Origin: an uncultured Methanosarcinales archaeon | GTDB lineage: Archaea > Nanobdellota > Nanobdellia > Woesearchaeales > CAYVYK01 | Assembly: GCA_964455675.1 (NCBI GenBank) | Contig: CAYVYK010000003.1 | Coordinates: 1 to 64,000 of the forward strand | Reading direction: 5' to 3' | DNA: 64,000 nt | Shown: piece after piece, positions 8,922 to 18,941 of the stretch | How positions within the stretch are numbered: the stretch's first letter is position 1 | Layout: the number at the start of each line of letters is the position of its first letter | Translations under genes and position numbers: made by a program | Notes under the pieces: generated by a model | Databases searched by the model: none | What the model was told of the DNA's origin: nothing | The model's input: the letters and a program-made list of their open reading frames with translations, nothing else

Positions 8922-10598
8922 CTAATTGCCCTCTTTTGCCTTGAATGCACGGAAAAGCTCCTCAAGATCAATCTCAAGCGCAATCGAAGGCATGTCAAGC
9001 TGCCAATTCTCAAGAACTCCAGGGTGTATCTCGCCCCAGTACGCAATCTCCTTCTTTCCAATCTGCGCTGATGCGGCTCTTCCTTGGATAAAAGAGCCAT
9101 GCTCGAGTTCCTCAATATCATACTCCAGATTCAGGTTTCTCATTATACTATCCACGATTTGCTTCATCTGGGTGAATGTCGCGCGGTCGGCGCTTACTGC
9201 AAGAGCCAAATGCTGTTTCTCGCCAACACCTGTCTCGGTACTGCTATCAGAAAAAAAGACAGAACCCATACCAAACACTTTCTGAGGGTACTCATGCTGG
9301 CGATTATTCCTTAGAACCTCAAGCATTGTCGGGATCATCCACGCGCGGAGCGCGTGATGCTCCGCACTCACAGGATTCTTTACCTCAACGAGATTTTTTG
9401 ACATATTCATTTTCGTTGTCTGATAGTCTTCCTGCGTTAGGTGGTAGGTGTTTACTTCAATGAACTCAAAACCCACAAGCATGTTCGCGATCTGGTTCTG
9501 GAAGCGACTGAACTCATCTTCTGAAGCGATCGTAAACAGATTGGGCAATTGAGGCTCAAATTTGTCATATCCATGCGCGATCGCGATATCCTCCACAATA
9601 TCTATCGGATGCATGATGTCGACTCTGTATGGAGGAACCAAGACTTTAAGCGTACCTCCCTGCACTACCACATCCATTCCCATCATCTCAAGGAGTCTTT
9701 TACATTCTGGGCCTTTGAATTCCATCCCCAACTTCTGGTTTATGTATGAGATATCCACCTTGATAGTCTCTGGATCAAGCTTTGGCGAAATCTCTTTCTT
9801 GTTTGGATATACAATCTGCACGGCGTGAATCTCGCCGCCCATATCCGCGAGAGCGCACACCAGAATATTCAAACATTTCTTCAGCGTCCACTCATCAAAT
9901 CCTGAGCACTCAATGAAGAGATCTGTCGTCGAAGAAGTCACCTTTCCTGTATCATGACTGTTAATTATTGGAGGCATGGAGAGAATACGATTGTTACTAT
10001 CAACAAATATTGGGAATCGGTCCTTGCCATCCAATAGGTGAGCATACTCGCGACCTGCCGGATGCGACTGCACTATCTGCAAACCATTCACTTCTTTAGT
10101 CATCTCAAGCGGCCGGAACAGAATATCCTTCGGAGGTCTTGCGGTGAACGTAATGGGCATCTTGATCTTATCAAGAGGATACACACCAATCGCAACCTTC
10201 TTCCGGTTACGACCAAGCGTCACGTGCAACTTTTCCTGAATCTGGATTATATCGCGAATCTTCTCATCATCAAGCTGCATGCCCTTCATGATTGCGCAGA
10301 ACGTGAACGGGCGCACCTTACTTACCGCGCGATCCACCGTCACCTTTTCCGTAGCAGGGAAAACCTTGTATTTCTTCATCCCCTTTTCTACGCCCATGAA
10401 ACTAGCGAATGCCCGCGCAAGACCATGTTCAGAGAGCATGTCGGGCCTGTTTGGAAATACTTCAACAACTATCTCACGCTCTGAGACGGATTCAACATCT
10501 GTTCCGAGAAACGAGACCCTGTCAAGTAGCACATCGTCGCGCAAGCGGCGCTTAATCTTGCGTTCCAAAACCTTTCTGCTTACTGTAATTGTTGGCAT
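8922..10598 (-). CDS. pheT: Phenylalanyl-tRNA synthetase beta subunit
   Basis: PNRPDMLS, SMPPIINS, RVDIMHPIDIVEDIAIAHGY, GEIHP. Confidence 0.97.
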   Translation of the reverse strand: MPTITVSRKVLERKIKRRLRDDVLLDRVSFLGTDVESVSEREIVVEVFPNRPDMLSEHGLARAFASFMGVEKGMKKYKVFPATEKVTVDRAVSKVRPFTFCAIMKGMQLDDEKIRDIIQIQEKLHVTLGRNRKKVAIGVYPLDKIKMPITFTARPPKDILFRPLEMTKEVNGLQIVQSHPAGREYAHLLDGKDRFPIFVDSNNRILSMPPIINSHDTGKVTSSTTDLFIECSGFDEWTLKKCLNILVCALADMGGEIHAVQIVYPNKKEISPKLDPETIKVDISYINQKLGMEFKGPECKRLLEMMGMDVVVQGGTLKVLVPPYRVDIMHPIDIVEDIAIAHGYDKFEPQLPNLFTIASEDEFSRFQNQIANMLVGFEFIEVNTYHLTQEDYQTTKMNMSKNLVEVKNPVSAEHHALRAWMIPTMLEVLRNNRQHEYPQKVFGMGSVFFSDSSTETGVGEKQHLALAVSADRATFTQMKQIVDSIMRNLNLEYDIEELEHGSFIQGRAASAQIGKKEIAYWGEIHPGVLENWQLDMPSIALEIDLEELFRAFKAKEGN

Positions 10599-10600
10599 AG

Positions 10601-12142
10601 TTATCGCATCCAGTACCTCAATTCCTTAATCTGGCGAAGATCGTTCTTGTACAAGTCTCGAATGTCACGGATACCATAATAGTCAGTAATGATCCTGTCA
10701 AAGCCAGGGCCCCACGCGAGGACTGGAACCTCCTCACCAAGCAAAAATTCCGTCACTTCTGGGCGGAAAATCCCTGCGCCACCCAGTTCGATCCACTGCT
10801 TATGCACCGGATGGAAGACATCAATCTCAAGCGAAGGCTCCGTGTATGGGAAATATCCCGGCCTAAATCTCGCCTCTGGGAAACCCATCGCGGCGAAAAA
10901 TTGGCGTAAGTAGCCAACCAAATCGCGGAAGTTTGCATTAGGATCAACAACGATACCCTCTGTCTGATTGAACTCAAATAAGTGCTTCCAATCAAGCGAT
11001 TCATTCCGAAAGCAACGGCCAACCGAGAAAAACTTCGCCGGCCACTCTTCCTTCTTCAACGCAGCTAGTGTACGAGCTGACAAGACCGTTGTATGCGTGC
11101 GCAAAACATTCTTCTTTGCTTCCTCAACATCCCACTCATAGCCCCATCCTCTGCTCTTCGTGTGCGCACCATCCTCGTGAATCTTCGCGAGCAATGCGAT
11201 CATCTTGCGATCCTTTGGGATTTCTCCACGCTCCGGATTTTTCAGGAAGAAGGTGTCCTGCATTTCCCGAGCGGGATGATCCTGCGCGGTAAACAGACTA
11301 TCGAAATTCCAAAACGAGGTATTGATGATCGGGCCTTTCATCTCCTTAAAGCCCATATTCATCCAGACTCTCTTCGCGTAGAGAAGCGATTGACTGACAA
11401 AATGACGCTTGCCCCCATGAAGCGTGGATACGGGACTACGAATATCATACCGCCTGAACTCTTTTCCTTTCCATGACTGTTGGCGTATCATTTCCTGAGT
11501 CACATACTCTGTTGCGTCCGACCAGGATCCTGTCATCTTGAGCACGTGCCTACCAAGTTCAGTCAACTGAATAGTCTTATGCTTTTTTGGAATTGATTTT
11601 ATTATCGATTTGCGAGATCGCAATTCCTTCATGGCAAACAATTCTTCAGGAGTCAAGTCTGCGACCGCAACAGGAAATGAACGCTGCATGAACTGCTCCT
11701 CGAGCGAGTCCTTGCTTAGCATGGTCTTTCCAGCATCAAGAATTTTTACGACAAGATTCTTCTCCTTCGTGATAAAAATTGCGGCCTTTCGTCTGAGTAC
11801 ACCAAGAGCTATATTCAATTCCTCCTTGGAGAGGTCAGCAGACTCACGAATACGGTCTGGTGTTGATGGGCCAGGTGCCACTGCCTTGAGGAGGCGGCGC
11901 TCAGGTAATCCAACCTTCAAATACCTCTTTCCATTTGCATCGAGGTCTATTAACTCCTTTGTCTCCATGCTGACAGTTATCAATCCTTTATTCGTCAGCC
12001 ATTGGATTCCCCGAGAAATTTGGACATCCATAAGTCCTGTAACCTCAACAAGCTTGTCAAAATCGCTTATTTTGTCTAAATAAGGTAGAATCTTCCTTTC
12101 TATGCTACTCAAGGTTGCTACGAGCTTCTTTATATCGGACAT
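10601..12142 (-). CDS. pheS: Phenylalanyl-tRNA synthetase alpha subunit (archaeal long form)
   Basis: WNFDSLF, HPAREMQDTF, LRTHTT, FPYTEPS. Confidence 0.97.
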   Translation of the reverse strand: MSDIKKLVATLSSIERKILPYLDKISDFDKLVEVTGLMDVQISRGIQWLTNKGLITVSMETKELIDLDANGKRYLKVGLPERRLLKAVAPGPSTPDRIRESADLSKEELNIALGVLRRKAAIFITKEKNLVVKILDAGKTMLSKDSLEEQFMQRSFPVAVADLTPEELFAMKELRSRKSIIKSIPKKHKTIQLTELGRHVLKMTGSWSDATEYVTQEMIRQQSWKGKEFRRYDIRSPVSTLHGGKRHFVSQSLLYAKRVWMNMGFKEMKGPIINTSFWNFDSLFTAQDHPAREMQDTFFLKNPERGEIPKDRKMIALLAKIHEDGAHTKSRGWGYEWDVEEAKKNVLRTHTTVLSARTLAALKKEEWPAKFFSVGRCFRNESLDWKHLFEFNQTEGIVVDPNANFRDLVGYLRQFFAAMGFPEARFRPGYFPYTEPSLEIDVFHPVHKQWIELGGAGIFRPEVTEFLLGEEVPVLAWGPGFDRIITDYYGIRDIRDLYKNDLRQIKELRYWMR

Positions 12143-12345
12143 TGCGCTGCAAACCCCCCAATCGACGATGACGTTGATGGGGGCAAGTATTAATACTTTT
12201 TGATAACGCTACTACTCTACCATCCACATTTTCGCCTATTTCCTCAAATTTCTCGCGAAAAACCTGTTCTTTGTCCTCTTTGACCAAAAGGTATATAAAT
12301 TGTTGATATTTACAAATTCTTATCCAATTTGATGGTGAATAGTCA

Positions 12346-12981
12346 ATGATCCGGATACTGCATGATTTTTTTAGCAAGTTCTTCAGCAAAATGTTCAAGG
12401 GCCGAAAAACAGTGAAGCTAGGATTGTATGGACCACCAAACGGAGGGAAGACAACCCTTGCCAACCGCATCTGCCAAGACTGGCTAGGCGAGGATATGGG
12501 AAGCGTCAGCAGCGTACCCCATGAGACACGCGAAATCCAAATCAAAGAGGAAATCAAGATCAAGTCCAAGGGGCGAGAACTCATCTTCAACCTTGTCGAT
12601 ACACCAGGAATCGCCACAAAGATCGACTATGAGGACTTCATCAAGACAGGCATGAAAGAAGATGATGCGAAGCAGCGCGCAAAGGAAGCGACAAAGGGAG
12701 TTGTAGAAAGCATCAAATGGCTTGATGATATGAATACGGTCGTCGTCGTCCTTGACGCAAGCAAGGACCCTTACACTCAAGTCAATATCACCATCATCGG
12801 CAACCTTGCGGCGAGAAACACTCCTGTACTTCTTGTAGGTAATAAAGTCGATCTCAAAAAGGCGAACTTGAAACGCATCGAATCAGCATTTCCCCAGTAC
12901 AAAGTCATTGGCATCTCTGCCAAACACGGAACAAATATGGAAGAGTTTTATGAGCAACTCTTCCAACTCTGTGGTCGATAA
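12346..12981 (+). CDS. Era-like small GTPase (OapA-like)
   Basis: GPPNGGKTT, DTPG, NKVD, ISAK; context with DUF2073-like and Zn-ribbon genes. Confidence 0.88.
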   Translation: MIRILHDFFSKFFSKMFKGRKTVKLGLYGPPNGGKTTLANRICQDWLGEDMGSVSSVPHETREIQIKEEIKIKSKGRELIFNLVDTPGIATKIDYEDFIKTGMKEDDAKQRAKEATKGVVESIKWLDDMNTVVVVLDASKDPYTQVNITIIGNLAARNTPVLLVGNKVDLKKANLKRIESAFPQYKVIGISAKHGTNMEEFYEQLFQLCGR

Positions 12982-12983
12982 CC

Positions 12984-13355
12984 ATGGTAACACTCCAAGT
13001 CGTTCCCTACACGGAAATCTCGGAACTCTCGAGCGTAGGCCGAATCCGAAAACTTCTCAACCTTGCCAAAGAAGACAAGATCGTCCTCCTCCAGGGCCGA
13101 CTCAAAAAAGAAGAAGAGATGGAACTCATCAAAGTCACTATGGAGGAAATCAACCGAGAATTCCGAGGAATTGAGCTTGCGGTGATTGATGCTGCAGACA
13201 GCAAGCATAGTTATGGCCTACGAGAAAAATTCTTACGAGTGCTTTTCGCGGACAGGCTTGGCATCACGGTCATCGGCCCCTCATCCGTCGTCAAAGAAAT
13301 CAAAAAAGATCCTTCTAAGATCGAACTTATCACGAAGAGCGGAAAGAAACGCTAA
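12984..13355 (+). CDS. DUF2073 / OapB-like protein
   Basis: EEEMELIKVTM, FRGIELA, GITVIGP. Confidence 0.8.
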   Translation: MVTLQVVPYTEISELSSVGRIRKLLNLAKEDKIVLLQGRLKKEEEMELIKVTMEEINREFRGIELAVIDAADSKHSYGLREKFLRVLFADRLGITVIGPSSVVKEIKKDPSKIELITKSGKKR

Positions 13356-13396
13356 TTCACGAAAACTATATATACGCCGCGTAACTGGCCTATCCC

Positions 13397-13783
13397 ATGC
13401 CACACCAGTGCGTACGATGCGGAAAATTCTATGTGGATACTGCCACAACAATCCTTAAAGGATGCAGCTGCGGTGGTCGACTCTTCTTCTTCATCAAGAA
13501 AGAGAAGCTTCAGGAAATACGGAACCGTGAACCGCTCCAAAATCTCACACAGAACGACAAACTGCAAATCGAGAAGGACGTCCGCGACATTATCGGTATG
13601 GACGAAGAACAGGACGAGCCTGTCATCCTTGACCTTGAAAGCATACGCATCACGAAACCAGGGCAGTATGAACTTGACCTTGTCAGCCTTATGAACAGAA
13701 ATCCCCTTGTCATCAAGGTATCAGAAGGAAAGTACATGATTGATCTTATCAGAACATTTGAAAGTCTGCGGGACAAAGATTAA
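13397..13783 (+). CDS. Zn-ribbon protein (OapC/DUF2072-like)
   Basis: MPHQCVRCG...GCSCGGRLFFF, ESIRI..PGQYELDL. Confidence 0.85.
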   Translation: MPHQCVRCGKFYVDTATTILKGCSCGGRLFFFIKKEKLQEIRNREPLQNLTQNDKLQIEKDVRDIIGMDEEQDEPVILDLESIRITKPGQYELDLVSLMNRNPLVIKVSEGKYMIDLIRTFESLRDKD

Positions 13784-14139
13784 TTCACAACGACCTTATG
13801 CTGCTTGCTCGGCAGTTTCTTGATCGTATACACATACACTCCGGTCGTCGTAAAGGTATGTGCGGCCTCTCCTTGCGATGGAATCCTGAGCGTTCCAAAC
13901 TCGGATGACTTCAGTTCATGGGTGTAGGGATCAGCATTCCTCCACACAATTGTACCTCCACGAAGCGTACTAATGGGGTCGGTGGACACCAGGTCATTCT
14001 CCACTGTCACAAAGATGCTGGTGTTGCCGTACTGTTCATTATTCCTGATTACCGTATCTCTCTCTCCATCACCATCATCACTTGAAGTACATCCCACCAT
14101 GAGAACAATTATGAGGACAAAGAGCGGTAATCTCATCAT
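13780..14139 (-). CDS. Lipoprotein with cupredoxin-like fold
   Basis: Lipobox VGC; GGTIVWRNAD..H...HTF...GVYVY; start moved to 14139. Confidence 0.65.
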   Translation of the reverse strand: MMRLPLFVLIIVLMVGCTSSDDGDGERDTVIRNNEQYGNTSIFVTVENDLVSTDPISTLRGGTIVWRNADPYTHELKSSEFGTLRIPSQGEAAHTFTTTGVYVYTIKKLPSKQHKVVVN

Positions 14140-14185
14140 ACATGCTTCATCAAAATTTTTTCTATATAAGTTTTGTGGATAAACT

Positions 14186-15313
14186 TCATCTCGCAAGCTG
14201 GTAATCCTCAAGAATGATGGCATCAAGATCCTCAGAATCCCGCGTGACATACACCCTTCCCGAACCAATACCTGCAAGCCTTGTGGCAAAAGCTGCGCCT
14301 TTCTCATTAAGGCCAATGCCCACCATTGAAAATGTAATACCCCGGGATCTGGCAAGAGACACAATCTGTTCGGTTTCGCGCTCGGGATCAATCCCGATAT
14401 TTGGGAGTGCATCACTTAAGACCACAATATGTTTTGTCATCTTTTTATCGGGAAACAGGTCCAGGCAGCGCCGGAGACCTTTTACCATGTCCGTCTCCTT
14501 TGAAGGCCTGACGCGTGCTATCGTGTACAGAATCTTCTTGAAATCCTGTGTGGGCGGCACTTCCTCGATAATCTCTTTTCCAAACACCACAAGTCCCACA
14601 AGATCCTTATTCCCAATTGCAGCAAACGCGAGCCCAATACCCGCCTTCTTTGCCATCTCAATCTTCCTGCCACGCATACTTCCTGATGCGTCAAGAACAT
14701 ACATTACGACGACGGATCCCTTCTTTCTCCGCTCCCACATCCGCAAATCTTCCTTGGAAAACGTCGAATGGCCCCTTCTCAACGCGACTTTCGTTGACGC
14801 ACTGACCGCAAGATCCTTGAAACGATCACCCGAGCGAAAACCCTTAGTATCATACCTCTCTCCATAATGAGCAAGCTTTTTCTGAGATCTCTCGCCAATC
14901 ATCCCAGAGGGCATGAGTTTCTCAAGTTCCTCAACATACAACAGCAACCCCCCAAGCTTAAAACCAAGATTCGTAACGCTTCCATCACGATCAAGAAAGC
15001 CACGATCACGCAGTTCGGCAACACGATCCTGCATACGCGATCGAAGCTCCCTACGAAATTCAGGGATCTTAATATTACGTTCAATATACGATGGCTCATA
15101 TCCGGAAAGCAGGCGGAGAAACTTCTCACCGTACAGATTTGCCGACGTCGCGTAATCCTTTGTCAACTGATCAAAGAGCATATCGGGAACGAACGATGAG
15201 AATCCCTGATGCGTCGCCTGTGCAAGAAGGCGACCATCACGTACCACATTTTCATCATTCTCCACAAGAGACTTCATCAAACCCTGATCGTCTGATTCAC
15301 GCGAACCTGGCAT
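14186..15313 (-). CDS. von Willebrand factor A domain protein
   Basis: MIDAS DASGSM, T in KETDM, VVLSDA. Confidence 0.9.
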   Translation of the reverse strand: MPGSRESDDQGLMKSLVENDENVVRDGRLLAQATHQGFSSFVPDMLFDQLTKDYATSANLYGEKFLRLLSGYEPSYIERNIKIPEFRRELRSRMQDRVAELRDRGFLDRDGSVTNLGFKLGGLLLYVEELEKLMPSGMIGERSQKKLAHYGERYDTKGFRSGDRFKDLAVSASTKVALRRGHSTFSKEDLRMWERRKKGSVVVMYVLDASGSMRGRKIEMAKKAGIGLAFAAIGNKDLVGLVVFGKEIIEEVPPTQDFKKILYTIARVRPSKETDMVKGLRRCLDLFPDKKMTKHIVVLSDALPNIGIDPERETEQIVSLARSRGITFSMVGIGLNEKGAAFATRLAGIGSGRVYVTRDSEDLDAIILEDYQLAR

Positions 15314-15347
15314 TTCCTCCGCTTTTGAGAACTCTGCCTCAAGGATT

Positions 15348-16373
15348 TCAGGGACCTTCCTCAGAAGAAGGTTTTCCTGAAGGAGCGGAACCCCGACGGA
15401 ACCTGGAAAACTCTTCCACTATCAGTTTACTCGGTGACTCAAGATATCTGAAGCTCGGCTTTAGTTCAATCCTATGCGTCAATACCGAATGCAGCACCGC
15501 AGCAACATCCTCCATTTCAACGATTCCCCTCTTATGGAGCAGAGCATGGGCCTGTGCACGCTCATATATCCCTAGTGAAGCGCGAACACTTGGCTTTCGA
15601 CTAAGCTTATCAGAACTCCTCAAATGCCTGACAAACCGTAGACTGAACTCAAGAACGTCCTTAGGAAACTCCACATCAAGCTGTTTTCCCTTCTGCACGA
15701 CAATACTCCTCTCATAATCCAACGTTTCTGGATACTCCATATACACCATGTCAAAACGATCCAAGAATACCTCAGAGAGGGGCTCGGTAGATGTATCCTC
15801 AGGATTCATAGTACCAATAAAGATGAAGTTTGCAGGAACATTCACATTATAGCTTGCGAGCGTCGCCGTATGCTCTTCCAGCACCTGCAACAGTGCATTC
15901 TGAAGTTTTTCCGGACACCTATTGAGCTCATCAAAGAACAGCACCCCATTGTTCGCGCGAAACACTTTACCAGGACTGAATGCCTCAAGACTCATCGGCC
16001 CAAACTGCAATGCCTTAATCGGATCAATATCACCGAGCAAATCCTCAGCCGTCAGGTCGGGAGATCCTTGAATCCTGATGAAGCGGTCAGCGCCTTTCAA
16101 TATTTTCTTCTTCTTAGTTTTCTTTGCACAGCATGCCGGACAGATAGGACTATCGGGGGAACAATGATACTCACAATCCATCACTTCAACATCAGGCAAA
16201 AGTTTTGCCACATTCTTTGCAAGAGTCGTCTTACCAATCCCAGGAGGACCAATCACGATAACGTTTCGCGACGTTAGCAAAGCAGACTTCAAGTCTATCT
16301 TTGTCTTGTCCTGCCCGATAATATCCTTAAATGGGTCACTACCCACAAATTGTTCTTTCCAGTCGATTTGCAT
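15348..16373 (-). CDS. AAA+ ATPase, ChlI/MoxR-like
   Basis: GPPGIGKT, Cys cluster CEYHC..CPAC, FFDELNR, GTMNP, LDRF. Confidence 0.9.
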   Translation of the reverse strand: MQIDWKEQFVGSDPFKDIIGQDKTKIDLKSALLTSRNVIVIGPPGIGKTTLAKNVAKLLPDVEVMDCEYHCSPDSPICPACCAKKTKKKKILKGADRFIRIQGSPDLTAEDLLGDIDPIKALQFGPMSLEAFSPGKVFRANNGVLFFDELNRCPEKLQNALLQVLEEHTATLASYNVNVPANFIFIGTMNPEDTSTEPLSEVFLDRFDMVYMEYPETLDYERSIVVQKGKQLDVEFPKDVLEFSLRFVRHLRSSDKLSRKPSVRASLGIYERAQAHALLHKRGIVEMEDVAAVLHSVLTHRIELKPSFRYLESPSKLIVEEFSRFRRGSAPSGKPSSEEGP

Positions 16374-16423
16374 GGGGCGCCGGTAGCGTACCTGGTTATT
16401 TAAAGGTTTGGAATACCGAACAC

Positions 16424-18253
16424 TCATCGTTTCCGAAGCTCTTCGACGGCATGCGCGATGTGCCGTGCGCTAATACCATACTTCTCCAACAGCAGTTCTG
16501 CAGGACCGGACCTAGGCACCGCACGGACGCACAGGTGCTTATGCGATGAAATACCCTCCACAGAAGAAAGAACTGCCTCACCAAGTCCTCCGGCCTCATA
16601 ATGGTCCTCAACAACGACCAACCGACCGTGGGACCTCTTCACCATGCGTGTAATCGCCTTTGAATCGAGCGGCCGAATGGAATATGCATCGATGATGCAT
16701 ACATTGATCTTATGCTTCTTCAGCAGCGCATACGCTTTCAGCGACTCGTGCACGGAAATACCTGAGGCAACAATCGTCACACTATCTGAAGCACTCTTAC
16801 GAATGACCTTGCATCCACCGATGGTAAAATTCTCTCTCCTGCGATAAAGCACAGGAGTCTTTGGTCGTAAGGTCCGCATATATCCGATGCCTTTTGAGTT
16901 TAGCAATAGCTGTACACAATGCTCTGCTGTAACCGCATCAGACGGCGCAAGCACGATCGAATCTGCAAGGGAACGGAACAGTGCAACGTCCTCCAGACCC
17001 ATTTGCGATGGACCATCCTCCCCAACAGAAACACCTGAATGAGAACCGCAGAACTTCACATTCGCTCGAGAGTACGCAGCCATCCTGATTTGGTCATGCG
17101 CTCTTGATAAAAACGCAGAAAAGGTCGCGACGAACGGAACAAATCCTTTCGCTGACAATCCCGCGGCAATACTTACCATATTCTGCTCTGCGATGAATGC
17201 ATCAACACCACGCGACGGAAACTCATGAAAAAACTTCGCTGCAAATGTGGAATTCTTGACATCACCATCGATTGCAACAACGCGAGCATCTGCATGCCCT
17301 GCATTCACGAGCGCATTGCCATAAGCCTCCCGCGTAGAGAAATCCGTGCCATACTCAGTAAATTTTATGCTTCCACGGCGCTCAGTTTTTGATGACCTAC
17401 CTGATTTTTTTGGGCTCACCAATTTTGATGTATCTATCTCTGGAGCGTCACCGAGTTCTGCAAGCGCTTTTACCAGTTCATCCTCTGAAAGAGCTTTCCC
17501 ATGCCAATGAAGTTGATCCTCCATGAATGATACGCCCTTTCCCTTTACTGTCTTTGCGATAATCGCCACGGGCTTCTTCTGCCCTCTTGCAGTCTGCAGT
17601 GCGCGCAAAATCTGTGGGATACTATGGCCGTCAATTTCCAACGCAAACCACCCAAACGCGCGAAACTTGTTGGTGTACGCACGAACATCATGACCATGCA
17701 TTGTCTCCCTGCTCTGTCCGAGCCGATTCACATCAACAAAAGCTACGAGATTATCCAAATTGAGATAGGATGCGGTATTTGCTGCTTCCCAGACCTGGCC
17801 TTCAGCGCACTCACCATCACCAAGGATAACAAACGTTCTTGCTGGCGATGAGCGCATACGGGCGGCGAGAGCCATTCCAACGCCAGCTGACAATCCCTGA
17901 CCAAGAGAACCTGTGGCAATCTTCACCCACGAAAGAAGAGGGGTTGGATGACCCTCAAGCCTACCCTCCCACTGCCTGAGTGACAGGAGTTCGTCGTGAC
18001 GTATGATACCTGCTTCCGCATACGCAGCATACAATATGGGAGCTGCATGGCCCTTAGAGAGAATGCATTCATCATTATCAAGGCTGTCTGGTTCACCTCT
18101 GTTGTACCTCATCTCTTGAAAGAAGAGACACGCCATGATATCGGCAATAGAACAACAGGATGACGGGTGGCCGGAACCCGCACGCGTTGTCATCTTCAGC
18201 GAAAGCGCCCTCAAGCGCTTAGCAACAATCTGGAGGTCACGCACCGAGAGCAT
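16424..18253 (-). CDS. tkt: Transketolase (single chain)
   Basis: GSGHPSS, LSKGHA, TGSLGQG, GDGE ThDP motif, GEDGPSQM. Confidence 0.93.
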   Translation of the reverse strand: MLSVRDLQIVAKRLRALSLKMTTRAGSGHPSSCCSIADIMACLFFQEMRYNRGEPDSLDNDECILSKGHAAPILYAAYAEAGIIRHDELLSLRQWEGRLEGHPTPLLSWVKIATGSLGQGLSAGVGMALAARMRSSPARTFVILGDGECAEGQVWEAANTASYLNLDNLVAFVDVNRLGQSRETMHGHDVRAYTNKFRAFGWFALEIDGHSIPQILRALQTARGQKKPVAIIAKTVKGKGVSFMEDQLHWHGKALSEDELVKALAELGDAPEIDTSKLVSPKKSGRSSKTERRGSIKFTEYGTDFSTREAYGNALVNAGHADARVVAIDGDVKNSTFAAKFFHEFPSRGVDAFIAEQNMVSIAAGLSAKGFVPFVATFSAFLSRAHDQIRMAAYSRANVKFCGSHSGVSVGEDGPSQMGLEDVALFRSLADSIVLAPSDAVTAEHCVQLLLNSKGIGYMRTLRPKTPVLYRRRENFTIGGCKVIRKSASDSVTIVASGISVHESLKAYALLKKHKINVCIIDAYSIRPLDSKAITRMVKRSHGRLVVVEDHYEAGGLGEAVLSSVEGISSHKHLCVRAVPRSGPAELLLEKYGISARHIAHAVEELRKR

Positions 18254-18294
18254 ATACTACTCTTTACGCTTTCTTTTAATAAATATTGTGGCAG

Positions 18295-18915
18295 CTAGTA
18301 TGCTGGCTTGCCATCTGTATGCTTAAGATCATCAGTTTTTTTCATGGGAGAGGCCGGATTACCGACGACAACAGTATCCGGGCCCACGTCTTTTGTCACA
18401 ACAGAACCAGCACCAACAAGCGCATTCCTTCCGATCCTTACACCCGGGAGTAGGACACTATTTGCCCCTATTTTGGCATGCGCATCAACATACACCCCAG
18501 CCAAGAACTTCTTACTATCCCTGCTCAACGGGAACTTTGCGTTTGTGATCGTCACACAGGGCCCGATCCAGCACTTCTCCTTCAGCACACTATACTCTGG
18601 AACAAATGCGTTGCTGTGCACACGCACACCATCTTCCATATCAACATGATGCTCAACAATGGAATGCGTGCCTATACTCACATCATTCCCAATTCGATTC
18701 TCCTCGCGAATCATGGCACCGTGCCCTGTCTGAAAATGATTGCCGATGATGTTCCCTGCATAGATGACCGTATGGCTTCTGATCACGGCATCATCACCAA
18801 TCACTGTCTTTAACTCGCCATCTCTTTTACCCTTTGGAGGTATGCCGATAATGACATATTCTCCAATCTCAGCATTCTTACCGATGATAACGTTTTTGTA
18901 GACTTTCGCGTCCAT
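18295..18915 (-). CDS. Hexapeptide-repeat N-acetyltransferase (WbpD/WlbB-like)
   Basis: Left-handed beta-helix repeats, IGANS, VGAGSVVTKDV, GNPA. Confidence 0.88.
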   Translation of the reverse strand: MDAKVYKNVIIGKNAEIGEYVIIGIPPKGKRDGELKTVIGDDAVIRSHTVIYAGNIIGNHFQTGHGAMIREENRIGNDVSIGTHSIVEHHVDMEDGVRVHSNAFVPEYSVLKEKCWIGPCVTITNAKFPLSRDSKKFLAGVYVDAHAKIGANSVLLPGVRIGRNALVGAGSVVTKDVGPDTVVVGNPASPMKKTDDLKHTDGKPAY

Positions 18916-18941
18916 ATGATCCCATCACTGTCGCTAGCTAT

